From Methanothermococcus sp. Ax23 (GTDB lineage Archaea > AGJL01 > Methanococci > Methanococcales > Methanococcaceae): a DNA stretch of 64,000 bases. Of this stretch, positions 23,453 to 33,640 are shown one piece after another (within the stretch, counting starts at the first letter, position 1; the number at the start of each line of letters is the position of its first letter). The stretch is from assembly GCF_049075655.1 (NCBI RefSeq), contig NZ_CP157522.1:1598949-1662948 (forward strand), read 5' to 3'. Made by a program: the position numbers and the translations under genes. Under the pieces are notes generated by a model that was given only the letters and a program-made list of their open reading frames with translations, was not told where the DNA came from and did no database searches.

Positions 23453-24625
23453 ATGAAAATAGCCATGATAACTTGGGAATATCCGCCAATTATGGTGGGA
23501 GGATTATCGGTTCATTGTAAGGGTCTTGCTGAGGCACTTGTTAGGGCGGGGCATAGTGTCGATGTAATTACAATGGGTTATGATTTACCTGAATATGAGA
23601 ATATAAACGGAGTGAATATACACCGTGTAAAACCAATAGGGCATAGTCATTTTCTAACATGGATTAATTTCATGGCACATTTCATGGAAAAAAAATTAGG
23701 TTCATTAGGAATACATAACTATGATGTAATACACTGTCATGACTGGATGACTCATTTTGTAGGTAGCAATATAAAACATCTTTTTAACAAACCATATATT
23801 CAATCCATTCATAGCACAGAACAGGGAAGATGCGGTGGAATTCATTCTGAAGATTCAAGGGCAATAAACGACATAGAATGGTGGAGCACCTATGAATCCC
23901 ATGCAGTGATTACAGTTAGCAATTCAATAAAAGAAGAAATATGTTCAACATTTAATACTCCTTGGGATAAAGTAAATGTAATATATAATGGAATAAACCC
24001 TTGGGAATTTGACATACCAATGAGTGATAATGAAAAAAATGATTTTAGGATACATATTGGAGTTCAACCTCATGAAAAAATGATATTGTTTGTTGGAAGG
24101 CTGGTTTATCAGAAAGGCGTGGAATATCTAATAAGAGCATTTCCCAAGATTCTTGAACAGCATCCCGATTCAAAAATGGTAATAGCAGGTTCGGGGGATA
24201 TGCGAGGATATTTGGAAGATTTGGCATTTCAGCTTGGATGTAGGGATAATATAATATTTTTAGGATTTGTTGGAGGGGATATGCTGAAAAAGCTTTTTAA
24301 ATCTGCGGATGTAACCGTCATTCCATCAGTTTATGAACCCTTTGGGATTGTGGCACTTGAATCTATGGCAGCCGGAGCTCCTGTGGTTGCAAGTGGTGTT
24401 GGAGGTTTAAGAGAGATTATCCAGCATGAATATAATGGAGTTACTGTATATCCTGAAAATCCAGATTCTATTGCATGGGGTGTTAATAGGGTTCTTTCAG
24501 ATTGGGGATTTAAAGAATGGATTGTAAATAATGCAAAGCATGATGCATATACAAAATACAGTTGGGACGCCATAGCAAACAGCACAGTTGAAGTTTATAA
24601 CAAGGTGATAGACTCTATAAAATAA
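23453..24625 (+). CDS. GT4-family glycosyltransferase of the glycogen cluster
   Basis: WEYPPIMVGGL, HCHDW and PSVYEPFGIVALE motifs. Confidence 0.88.
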   Translation: MKIAMITWEYPPIMVGGLSVHCKGLAEALVRAGHSVDVITMGYDLPEYENINGVNIHRVKPIGHSHFLTWINFMAHFMEKKLGSLGIHNYDVIHCHDWMTHFVGSNIKHLFNKPYIQSIHSTEQGRCGGIHSEDSRAINDIEWWSTYESHAVITVSNSIKEEICSTFNTPWDKVNVIYNGINPWEFDIPMSDNEKNDFRIHIGVQPHEKMILFVGRLVYQKGVEYLIRAFPKILEQHPDSKMVIAGSGDMRGYLEDLAFQLGCRDNIIFLGFVGGDMLKKLFKSADVTVIPSVYEPFGIVALESMAAGAPVVASGVGGLREIIQHEYNGVTVYPENPDSIAWGVNRVLSDWGFKEWIVNNAKHDAYTKYSWDAIANSTVEVYNKVIDSIK

Positions 24626-24698
24626 ATAAAAAAATATTAAATAATATATATGATAAATTAATATGTTTATATATTGTGTTAAATTATGAGGTGGGAAT

Positions 24699-24917
24699 AT
24701 GGAAGATATGTGGTTAAAAATAGGCGAGGCTGCTGGTAAGATTTATCACCTATTAGAAGACGGTGAAAAAAATATTACAAAATTAAAAGAATCTCTTAGG
24801 AGCGAGGGGTATAATGAAACTATTATTGTTATGGCAATAGGATGGCTTGCAAGGGAGGATAATATAATTATTATAAGGGATGGGAGAAAATGGATAATAA
24901 GATTAAAAAATGGATAA
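24699..24917 (+). CDS. Small winged-helix protein (DUF2582-like)
   Basis: IGEAAGKIYHLL..MAIGWLARED motif; gaggtgg RBS. Confidence 0.8.
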   Translation: MEDMWLKIGEAAGKIYHLLEDGEKNITKLKESLRSEGYNETIIVMAIGWLAREDNIIIIRDGRKWIIRLKNG

Positions 24918-24973
24918 ATTCTATTTCATTTACTTTCGGTATCTAATTATTTATATATGTATAAAGTGGTAAT

Positions 24974-27031
24974 ATGGTAGGAATTATAGGAAATGGAAAA
25001 TCTCTTGCAAAATTGGATGATGTGGGGTCTATTGAATATATATTCTTTCCACATTTGGGTTTTGAAAAACATATCTTTGACTCTGCATTTGCAATATATT
25101 GTGATGGCGAATTAAAATGGCACTGGGATTACTCATGGAAAATCAGTCAAGGATATTTAAAAGATACAAATATTTTAAAAACCACATATGAAGATGAGAA
25201 CTTTTTAGTAAGTTCTATGGATTATATTTCAATATCTCACAATATCCTAGTTAAACAGATATCCATTCTCAACAGAACAGAAGAAAAAAAGCATTTAAAA
25301 TTATTTTTCTATGAAAATTTAAGGATGGGAGAATATCCAAAAGAGAATACTGTTAAATTTTTAAAGAATAATAATTGTTTAATTAAATACGATGGAAAAT
25401 ATATTTGTTGTATGGGAAGTGGTAAAAACATATCATCATATCAATGTGGTTTGAGGTCGTCTGAAAGTAGTGCCTATAATGATATTGAAAATGGTGTTTT
25501 AAAAGAACAGGATACTGCCAAAGGATTAATTACCGATAGTGCATTATGTTGGGAGATTGAATTAAATCCCTTCCAAGAAGTAGTTATTCCCATATATATA
25601 CTAATGGCGGAATATAACGACAACTACTATGATATTATGAACTTAATAGACACATTAAAAGTAGTTGCTAAAAATAATGAAGATATGTATAATCTCTCCC
25701 TAACTTATTGGAAAACCCTCGTTCAAGATACTGTCAATAATTTATCTACAACGAAATGTGCAAATCTAAATGTCGAGAGACGGAAAAAATACATCGATAC
25801 ATGTAAAAGGTCTTTACTAACAATATTTATGTTGTGTAATCACGATGGGGGCATAATAGCTTCACCATCATTATATCCCGATTACAGATATGTATGGAAT
25901 AGAGATGCAAGCTATATGTCTGTTGCATTGGATTTATGCGGCTTATCCCCTATGAGCGAAAAATATTTCGACTGGTGCAAAAAAACCCAAAATAGCGATG
26001 GGTCATGGATTCAAAATTATTATATTGATGGAAAACCTCGATTAACTGCAATGCAAAATGACCAAGTTGGCACTACAATTTGGGCAGCTCTGGTTCATTA
26101 TAGGATTACACATAACAAATTATTTTTAAAAAGACATTGGAATATGATTAAAAAAGCTGCAAATTATTTAGCTAAAACTGTGGAACCTCCATCTCCATGC
26201 TATGATTTATGGGAAGAAAAATATGGGGTGTTTTCATACACAATTGGGGCAACATATGGTGGTTTAAAATCTGCCTGCAATATTATGAATATATTAGAAA
26301 AAGAATGCGAATATAAAATGACCAATGACGATAAAAAATGTTTTAAACAGTGGAGCTCAGCTATCGAATCATTAAAAAATAATGTTAATAAATTTTATTT
26401 AAAGGAAGAAAATAGGTTTGCAAAATCAATAACTCCACTGGATAAAACAATTGACACCAGCATATTGGGATTAAGCTTCCCCTATGATTTAGTTCCAGCA
26501 GACGACCCAAGAATGATAGCGACAGCATTGCAGATTGAAAATGCATTTAACTATAAAATCGGGGGAATTGGAAGATATCCAGAAGATGTATATTTTGGAG
26601 GCAATCCATGGATAATAACTACCTTGTGGTTATATATGTATTATAAAAGGCTAATTAAATTATTGTCAAAAGATATAAATCAGAGATTTTCCAGACCTGG
26701 ATTTGTAGAATATATAGGGGACTGCGAAAAACTACAATCATCTCGAAAAGATGAGCGAAATGATGATGTGAATGTGAATGTGGATGATGTTGTTCAATCT
26801 TTAAATAATATCCAAAGCGTGAATATGACAAAAAAGGACCTTATTAAACACTGTCATAAAAAATGCGACGAGCTATTTAACTGGGCATTGAAGCATCAAT
26901 ATAATGGACTATCTCCTGAGCAAATTCACAAAGACCTCGGAGCTCCCATATCGGCAATTCCCCTTGGTTGGTCACATGCTGCCATAATAATGGCAATTCA
27001 CAGCAATGATTATGATATTTTAATTCCATAA
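24974..27031 (+). CDS. Glucoamylase (GH15)
   Basis: YVWNRD, DLWEE, RYPED, PEQ and PLGWSHA motifs. Confidence 0.92.
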   Translation: MVGIIGNGKSLAKLDDVGSIEYIFFPHLGFEKHIFDSAFAIYCDGELKWHWDYSWKISQGYLKDTNILKTTYEDENFLVSSMDYISISHNILVKQISILNRTEEKKHLKLFFYENLRMGEYPKENTVKFLKNNNCLIKYDGKYICCMGSGKNISSYQCGLRSSESSAYNDIENGVLKEQDTAKGLITDSALCWEIELNPFQEVVIPIYILMAEYNDNYYDIMNLIDTLKVVAKNNEDMYNLSLTYWKTLVQDTVNNLSTTKCANLNVERRKKYIDTCKRSLLTIFMLCNHDGGIIASPSLYPDYRYVWNRDASYMSVALDLCGLSPMSEKYFDWCKKTQNSDGSWIQNYYIDGKPRLTAMQNDQVGTTIWAALVHYRITHNKLFLKRHWNMIKKAANYLAKTVEPPSPCYDLWEEKYGVFSYTIGATYGGLKSACNIMNILEKECEYKMTNDDKKCFKQWSSAIESLKNNVNKFYLKEENRFAKSITPLDKTIDTSILGLSFPYDLVPADDPRMIATALQIENAFNYKIGGIGRYPEDVYFGGNPWIITTLWLYMYYKRLIKLLSKDINQRFSRPGFVEYIGDCEKLQSSRKDERNDDVNVNVDDVVQSLNNIQSVNMTKKDLIKHCHKKCDELFNWALKHQYNGLSPEQIHKDLGAPISAIPLGWSHAAIIMAIHSNDYDILIP

Positions 27032-27170
27032 TAAAATAAATATTTTCATCAATGAAGCGAATATATAAAATCATTTAAATTTATATTTTCTCACTTTTTG
27101 GAAATCTGCAAAATCAATAGTATATATTACTTCGCAACATAAATAAAAAAATAAAAAATAAGGGGATAAA

Positions 27171-28751
27171 ATGTTAATTTCATTTAATTTTGAGGTGCAT
27201 CAGCCCCATAGATTAAAAAAAACGGTTGATGGACACAGTAAAAATATATGGGATAGGTATGTTGATGTTGAATTAAACAAAGAGATATTCAATAGAGTAG
27301 CAAATAAATGTTATATTCCTGCAAATAGGACAATTTTGGATTTAATAGATGAGTATGACATTAAAGTGGCATACAGCATTACAGGCGTATTTCTTGAACA
27401 GGCCATGGAATTTAATAATGAGGTTTTAGATTTATTTAAAGAGCTCGTAAAAACAGGGAATGTTGAACTTATTGGGGAAACCTACTATCATTCACTTTCA
27501 AGTCTCTTTGAAAATCATGATGAATTTAAAGAGGATATTGAAAAACATAAGAAGATTATCAAAGAACTATTTGGATACAAAACTGAGGTTTTTAGAAATA
27601 CTGAATTAATGTATAATAATAATATAGCTGAAACCGTTAAGGAATTGGGATTTAAAGGGATATTTACAGAAGGTGCCGATAGAATACTTGATTGGAGGTC
27701 TCCAAATTATGTATATAACGCTCCATGTGGATTGAATGTCCTTTTAAGAAACTATAAATTAAGCGATGATATTGGATTCAGATTCTCATGTCCAGATTGG
27801 AATGAATATCCTTTAACTGCTGATAAATATGCATCATGGTTGGCGAGCTCCCCTGGTGATTGTATAAATATATATATCGATTATGAAACCTTTGGAGAAC
27901 ACCAATGGAAAGAAACTGGGATTTTTGAGTTTTTAAAATATCTTCCTGCGGAAATTGAAAAATATCATAATCTTGAATATGCAAAACCTTCTGAAATAAT
28001 TGACAGATGCACACCGAGGGGGGAAATAGATGTCTTTGAATTCTCAACATTATCGTGGGCAGACTCTGAAAGAGATGTGAGTGCATGGTTAGGCAACAGG
28101 ATGCAGAAGCTTTCATTTGAGAGATTAAAAGATATTAGGCAATACCTTGGAAGATACATATCATCGAAATATGCTAAACATGGGGGCAATGTTCAAGATG
28201 ATGAAATAATGGAATATAAATTATATAAAAACCTTCAAACAAGTGATAATTTTTACTATCAATGCACAAAGGGATTTAACGATATGGATGTGCATTCTTA
28301 TTTTAGCCATTTTGAAACTCCTTATGATGCTTATGCCACTTATATGGATATTCTTTATGATTTTAAAAATCATTTAATAGTCAGTCAAATTTTGGACAAA
28401 TATGTTAAAAAAATTGAAAGTTTGAACTTGGAGATAAAAACATTAAAAGAAAATGACCGGTATAAAAATGAGAATATGGCATTGACTAATGAAATAGAGA
28501 ATTTAAGAAGTAAATTAAAATTATTGGAAAAGGACATAAATAATAAAAACAAAGATATTCAAAAACTAAAAAATGAAAATAGTAAATTAATTAATGAAAT
28601 CATAATGTTAAACTCAAAAGCTCCCAATAACTCGAAGAGTAAAAAAATAAAAAAAAATAATATAGAGGAGCCAAACTTAAAAGATATAGAAGATAAACCT
28701 AATGAAAAAGAAAAAAAACATAATCTTGACGAATTTATAATTGGCTCATAA
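27171..28751 (+). CDS. GH57 alpha-amylase with a C-terminal coiled-coil/low-complexity tail
   Basis: FEVHQP, ETYYHSL, FRNTEL and DYETFGEH motifs. Confidence 0.92.
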   Translation: MLISFNFEVHQPHRLKKTVDGHSKNIWDRYVDVELNKEIFNRVANKCYIPANRTILDLIDEYDIKVAYSITGVFLEQAMEFNNEVLDLFKELVKTGNVELIGETYYHSLSSLFENHDEFKEDIEKHKKIIKELFGYKTEVFRNTELMYNNNIAETVKELGFKGIFTEGADRILDWRSPNYVYNAPCGLNVLLRNYKLSDDIGFRFSCPDWNEYPLTADKYASWLASSPGDCINIYIDYETFGEHQWKETGIFEFLKYLPAEIEKYHNLEYAKPSEIIDRCTPRGEIDVFEFSTLSWADSERDVSAWLGNRMQKLSFERLKDIRQYLGRYISSKYAKHGGNVQDDEIMEYKLYKNLQTSDNFYYQCTKGFNDMDVHSYFSHFETPYDAYATYMDILYDFKNHLIVSQILDKYVKKIESLNLEIKTLKENDRYKNENMALTNEIENLRSKLKLLEKDINNKNKDIQKLKNENSKLINEIIMLNSKAPNNSKSKKIKKNNIEEPNLKDIEDKPNEKEKKHNLDEFIIGS

Positions 28752-28826
28752 TAGTGTATTAATATCTATAATACCTAATTTATAACACCCAATTTATAGA
28801 ACATACTAAATTTTAAGAGGATAACT

Positions 28827-29483
28827 ATGGATGATGAATTTAAAAAAAATCTTGAAAAATTTAAAAAGATGGCAAAATCTAAGAATAGCACCAGCAGCGA
28901 AAAACCACAAGTTATTGTTGTAGGACGCTCTAATGTTGGAAAATCCACACTTGTGAGGTTAATTACTAAAAAAAATGTTAGAGTCGGGAAAAAACCTGGT
29001 GTAACCTTAAAAATAAATAAATACGACATGGGAAATTATATTTTAGTTGATTTACCGGGATTTGGATTTATGACGGGTCTTGATGAAAATGTTCAAGATA
29101 AAATAAAAGATGAAATTGTAAAATACATTGAAGACAATAAGGAAAAAATCGCCTGCTCCATAATATTAATAGATGCAAAGGCATTCCCGGAAATAGTTGA
29201 TAGATGGGATAAACGGGATGAGATACCCATAGATATTGAAATGTTTGATTTTTTAAACGAACTGGAATTAAATCCCATAATTTTAATAAACAAAATGGAC
29301 AAGATAAAAAAGAATCAGTGGGATGAACATCTGGATAATGTAGTTGAATTATTTGGTTATCCCGCACCTTGGAGACAGTGGCTCGATGTTGTAGTTATTG
29401 GCATTCTAAAAGATGGAGAGGGATTAAAAGATATCCTTCATAAAATAAATCATCATGTGGAATCATATCGACGAAAAAAATAA
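28827..29483 (+). CDS. engB: GTP-binding protein EngB/YihA
   Basis: GRSNVGKS, DLPGFG and NKMD motifs. Confidence 0.93.
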   Translation: MDDEFKKNLEKFKKMAKSKNSTSSEKPQVIVVGRSNVGKSTLVRLITKKNVRVGKKPGVTLKINKYDMGNYILVDLPGFGFMTGLDENVQDKIKDEIVKYIEDNKEKIACSIILIDAKAFPEIVDRWDKRDEIPIDIEMFDFLNELELNPIILINKMDKIKKNQWDEHLDNVVELFGYPAPWRQWLDVVVIGILKDGEGLKDILHKINHHVESYRRKK

Positions 29484-29642
29484 AAAAAGATTAACCAAAT
29501 ATAATTAGTCCAGAAGTTGCAAAAACTTTATATATTATATTAACATAATGAGGTTTAACTAATTTTTATATTCAAAATGCGAAAAATAAAATCCTATTTT
29601 ATAATTAAAAATGAAATTAAACACGATTATGGAGGAATAATT

Positions 29643-30164
29643 ATGGCACTAAGACCTGGTAGATGTTATAGAGGAGTAGATAAACCAGCATACACAAGAA
29701 AGGAATATGTAAGAGGAGTTCCACAACCAAAAGTTGTTCATTATGTAATGGGTAATACAAGTGTGGAATTCCCAGTGGAAGTGCATTTAATAGTTAAAGA
29801 TGATGTTCAGATAAGACACAACGCATTGGAATCCGCAAGGATTGTAGGAAACAAATACACACAAAACAAATGTGGTAAATTAGGTTACAAATTCCAGATA
29901 AGAGTATATCCACACCAAATATTAAGAGAAAACAAAATGGCAGCAGGAGCAGGAGCGGACAGGATTTCCGATGGGATGAGATTGGCATTTGGAAAACCTA
30001 TTGGAACAGCTGCAAGAGTAAGAAAAGGTCAAAAAATCATTACAATTTCAACAACTCCTGAAAAAGTAAATGATGCTAAGGAAGCTCTAAGAAGATGTGC
30101 TATGAAAATGCCTGTAAAATGTAAAATAGAAATAGGAAAAGGAGCAGAATTAGTTAAGAACTAA
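29643..30164 (+). CDS. rpl10e: 50S ribosomal protein L10e (uL16)
   Basis: MALRPGRCYR and ADRISDGMRLAFGKP motifs; ggagga RBS. Confidence 0.97.
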   Translation: MALRPGRCYRGVDKPAYTRKEYVRGVPQPKVVHYVMGNTSVEFPVEVHLIVKDDVQIRHNALESARIVGNKYTQNKCGKLGYKFQIRVYPHQILRENKMAAGAGADRISDGMRLAFGKPIGTAARVRKGQKIITISTTPEKVNDAKEALRRCAMKMPVKCKIEIGKGAELVKN

Positions 30165-30238
30165 ATAAACTTATTAAATTTTTTTTCTTTTTTTAAAAAA
30201 TTTAATTGATTTTAATAATTTAAGATAATATTTGTAAT

Positions 30239-31519
30239 TTATTCATCATCGGGGATTTCAGCCCTAATGAATTCATCTTTATTTTTCTTTAAACTTATCG
30301 TGGCATCTATTCCCATTTTTGCCGTCAATTTATTTTTATGGTCTCCTGATGGGTCCAGTGAGGAACCTTTTGCGTCGCTTATAATAAGTATATCTTTATC
30401 AGCTTGAACTCTTGTGGCAATGGCAAACTCCACATCCTTTGGGTCATAGATGTTTATGTCATCATCTACAATCACCACATGTTTTAAACTTGGATGGGAA
30501 GCAAGTGCCGCAAGTATGGCATTTTTTCCATCTCCTTCTGTTTTCTTCTCAATTGACACTACGGCGTGAAGCCAGCAACATCCCCCTTCTGTTAATACCA
30601 CATTCTTTACCGATGGAACGGTGTTTCTAATGCCCTTATACATTCTCGGCTCCTGAGGTAATCCCATTAAAATTTTATGCTCCACTCCGCCGGGGAGTAG
30701 GGCGTGGAATATGGCATCTTTTTTTCTTTTCAATGCCGTTATTTTTATTACAGGCTGTTTTCTAATTGTATCGTAGGTTCCAGTAATATCTACAAAAGGA
30801 CCTTCATCGTCCATTTCTGCGGTTATTTTTCCTTCAATAATAAATTCGCCCGCAGGGACTTCTAAATCTACGGTATCGCATTTAATCAGTTTTAGTGGCT
30901 CATTCATTAATGCAGAGGCATATTTCAATTCATTAAAAGTTATATCTCCTGATGTAGATGCTGCCAAAAGCACAGCTGGATGAGCTCCGATAACTATTGC
31001 CACATCCACATCCCCATCCTTAATGTTTTTGTTGTAGATGTAATGTAAATGTCTCTGTTCTACCATTCTAATTACTAAATGATTGTCCTTAATTAAAATT
31101 CTATGGATGGATGCGTTTATCCCATAATCCTTATCTTTAACTATTACAACTCCTGATGTAAGGTAAGGTCCTGCATCTTTTTCGTAGTAGGTTGGTATAG
31201 GGTATTCATTTATTTTGTCCAAATCATCATTTACATACTGTTCCTTTAAGCTATTATCTACTATTAGCTCCCCATTTTTCTCATTATCCATGGCATTTAA
31301 CATGTGTTTCATTAAATCATTTACTTCTATTCCCAAGCTTTTTGCTATCACTTCCCTATTACACAGATTTCCTATAACTTCATATCCATTTACATTTTTT
31401 ATATATACGGGCTTTCCATCATATTTCTTTAAAATCTTTGTTATCCCATATTTTTTATTTGCTGACTCTATCTCAATTTTATCTATTGAATCAACCAAGT
31501 CCCTTATCATAACATTCAC
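30239..31519 (-). CDS. UbiD-family decarboxylase (likely anhydromevalonate phosphate decarboxylase of the archaeal mevalonate pathway)
   Basis: EGPFVDITGTY, VVIVDDDI and GSSLDPS motifs; the pathway assignment is inferred from known archaeal UbiD orthologs. Confidence 0.8.
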   Translation of the reverse strand: MNVMIRDLVDSIDKIEIESANKKYGITKILKKYDGKPVYIKNVNGYEVIGNLCNREVIAKSLGIEVNDLMKHMLNAMDNEKNGELIVDNSLKEQYVNDDLDKINEYPIPTYYEKDAGPYLTSGVVIVKDKDYGINASIHRILIKDNHLVIRMVEQRHLHYIYNKNIKDGDVDVAIVIGAHPAVLLAASTSGDITFNELKYASALMNEPLKLIKCDTVDLEVPAGEFIIEGKITAEMDDEGPFVDITGTYDTIRKQPVIKITALKRKKDAIFHALLPGGVEHKILMGLPQEPRMYKGIRNTVPSVKNVVLTEGGCCWLHAVVSIEKKTEGDGKNAILAALASHPSLKHVVIVDDDINIYDPKDVEFAIATRVQADKDILIISDAKGSSLDPSGDHKNKLTAKMGIDATISLKKNKDEFIRAEIPDDE

Positions 31520-31538
31520 CTTCTTATTTTATCTTTCT

Positions 31539-31832
31539 TTATCTTTTCTTTCTAGCAATTTCTTTTTCTATCTTTTCACCGGTATCTTTTAATCTACTTG
31601 ATACACTTCTCGGCACATTGCCATATTCCGATAGTATTTTTGCAATACCGCTTGATAACAAAAATATGGCGTATGTATGTTCAGATTTTGTTCTATGTAT
31701 ATGATGGGGGTATATCTTCAATGCATCGTAATTTACAAAATATTCATCAATTGAATTACCAAATTTTTTTGTTAAATTCTTTCTCATATATACTAAAAGT
31801 TGATGTAATTGGATGAGCTCATCCTTATGCAT
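31539..31832 (-). CDS. UPF0058-family protein
   Basis: MHKDELIQLH and PHHIHRTKSEH motifs. Confidence 0.85.
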   Translation of the reverse strand: MHKDELIQLHQLLVYMRKNLTKKFGNSIDEYFVNYDALKIYPHHIHRTKSEHTYAIFLLSSGIAKILSEYGNVPRSVSSRLKDTGEKIEKEIARKKR

Positions 31833-31931
31833 GCAATCACCTAAGGTATGAAATATATTTCATGATAAATAAATTAAATAAACTAAATAAATTAAAATTT
31901 TGCAAATAAGTATGTAAAATTAGAAAGAGAG

Positions 31932-33314
31932 TTATGTCTGGTTAAAATTATCGTATGAAAAAATCCTTAAATTTGCAGGTTTTTTTGCAATATTTATTTC
32001 CTTCCCAATCATTACAGAAGTGTTTTCATAAAATAAATCAACTATTTTTTGAGTGATAGGGACATCAGATATAAAAAAATTAATATTTTGATTAGCATAT
32101 TCATTCTCATTTAATTCGTTAATAGATTTAATCTCTTCAAATCCGTCTCCTATTATTTTTACTTTATTAGTCCCTAAAATTTCCTCCATTGACGATTTAA
32201 TATAATTCAACTGTCCAACATAGTCATCAGTTTTGAATATTTCATACGACATCCGATTATCTGAATCACCGTCTTTTTTGTCGTCATTATGGGTTTCTTT
32301 TATCTCTTCTTCGTTTTTTAGCTCAGATAATACCTCTGATTCGTTTAGCTGAGATACATCGCTTATGCACTCCGATATTCCTGTCATTTTTTCCTTATTA
32401 TATATGCCACTTGCCAAATCATCCATTGTCTGCGTATCATTTATTGCCTTATTTATTACAGTGCTATAATTGTTTATGACATGACCTTTGTTGGCATTTA
32501 ATTGAATATACTGTTCAATTGGAATCTTTGACCGTAAATATTTTACAACCTCTTTTTTAGACAAATCTTCCACTTCCTTTCCGTGGGGAGCTCTTGCAAT
32601 ATAATCTATATCACATGTTTGAAGAGCCTCTTTTAATATAAGCTCCCCTCCCCTATCTCCATCAGTAAATATCGTCGTGGTTTTTTTCCTTGAAAGTTCC
32701 ATTATGGTTTTTGGAATTGATGTCCCTTCAACAGCTATAACATTTTTTATACCACATCTTAAAAGATTGATAACATCTGCCCTACCTTCCACTACAATTA
32801 TAGCATCTGAATTATCAATATTTGGTCCAGCTGGAAGTTTCTCCTCCCCATATTCAATTATTTCTTCAGTTCTGATATACTCCTTTATCTCTTCCGTAAT
32901 TTCATATGTATCAACCATATTATCTATGAGTGTTTTTAGGAGCTCCTTTGCCCTATTTGTAATATACTGTCTCTTTTTAATACGAATATCCTCGACATTC
33001 ACCACCCTAACAGTAGCTAAACAAGGCCCCACCCTATCGATTGTTTCCAATGTTGCCGCAAGTATTGCAGTTTCAACCTTATCCAAACTGGATGGTAGTA
33101 TTATTTTTGCATATGATTTCCCATTTGTATTATCTAACTCCACATCTATTCTCCCAATTCTCCCACTTTTTTGAAGGTCCCTTAAATCAAGGTCGCTACT
33201 TAGGAGACCTTCCGTTTGTCCAAATATTGCTCCAATAATATCGTGCTTTTCAACATATCCATTTGCCATGAGTTCTGCATAAATAATATATTTTGTTGTG
33301 CCTAATTCCATCAT
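31932..33314 (-). CDS. dnaG: Archaeal DnaG (TOPRIM; exosome-associated)
   Basis: GAIFGQTEGLL, VVEGRADV and DGDRGG motifs. Confidence 0.93.
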   Translation of the reverse strand: MMELGTTKYIIYAELMANGYVEKHDIIGAIFGQTEGLLSSDLDLRDLQKSGRIGRIDVELDNTNGKSYAKIILPSSLDKVETAILAATLETIDRVGPCLATVRVVNVEDIRIKKRQYITNRAKELLKTLIDNMVDTYEITEEIKEYIRTEEIIEYGEEKLPAGPNIDNSDAIIVVEGRADVINLLRCGIKNVIAVEGTSIPKTIMELSRKKTTTIFTDGDRGGELILKEALQTCDIDYIARAPHGKEVEDLSKKEVVKYLRSKIPIEQYIQLNANKGHVINNYSTVINKAINDTQTMDDLASGIYNKEKMTGISECISDVSQLNESEVLSELKNEEEIKETHNDDKKDGDSDNRMSYEIFKTDDYVGQLNYIKSSMEEILGTNKVKIIGDGFEEIKSINELNENEYANQNINFFISDVPITQKIVDLFYENTSVMIGKEINIAKKPANLRIFSYDNFNQT

Positions 33315-33640
33315 AATAAACCCTCCAAAATTTAATCCCTACCTGTCTCACAATATTATAAAATTAATAATGATATTAAATAATTAATAAATGATATAAA
33401 TTTTATAAATATAATTTGTTATTTTACATATAAATATAGTATGGTTTAGGTATGTTCTTCTTCTTTTAACCTCTCATAATGTGCAATATATGCAATATTA
33501 CACAAAAATATTTAAAAAGAAAAGTTGGAGTATAATTTAAAAATAATTATATATTAGTCTCGCCTTCTCCAAGAATATGGTCTAACCTCTGCCAAAATCT
33601 TCACGAAATTGAAAGTTCCACCAACCTAAAATTAATATCT

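Noticed and set aside
33555-33630. GC-enriched patch between dnaG and tgtA as a small RNA
   Set aside because: No C/D boxes, no strong stem and no credible ORF.
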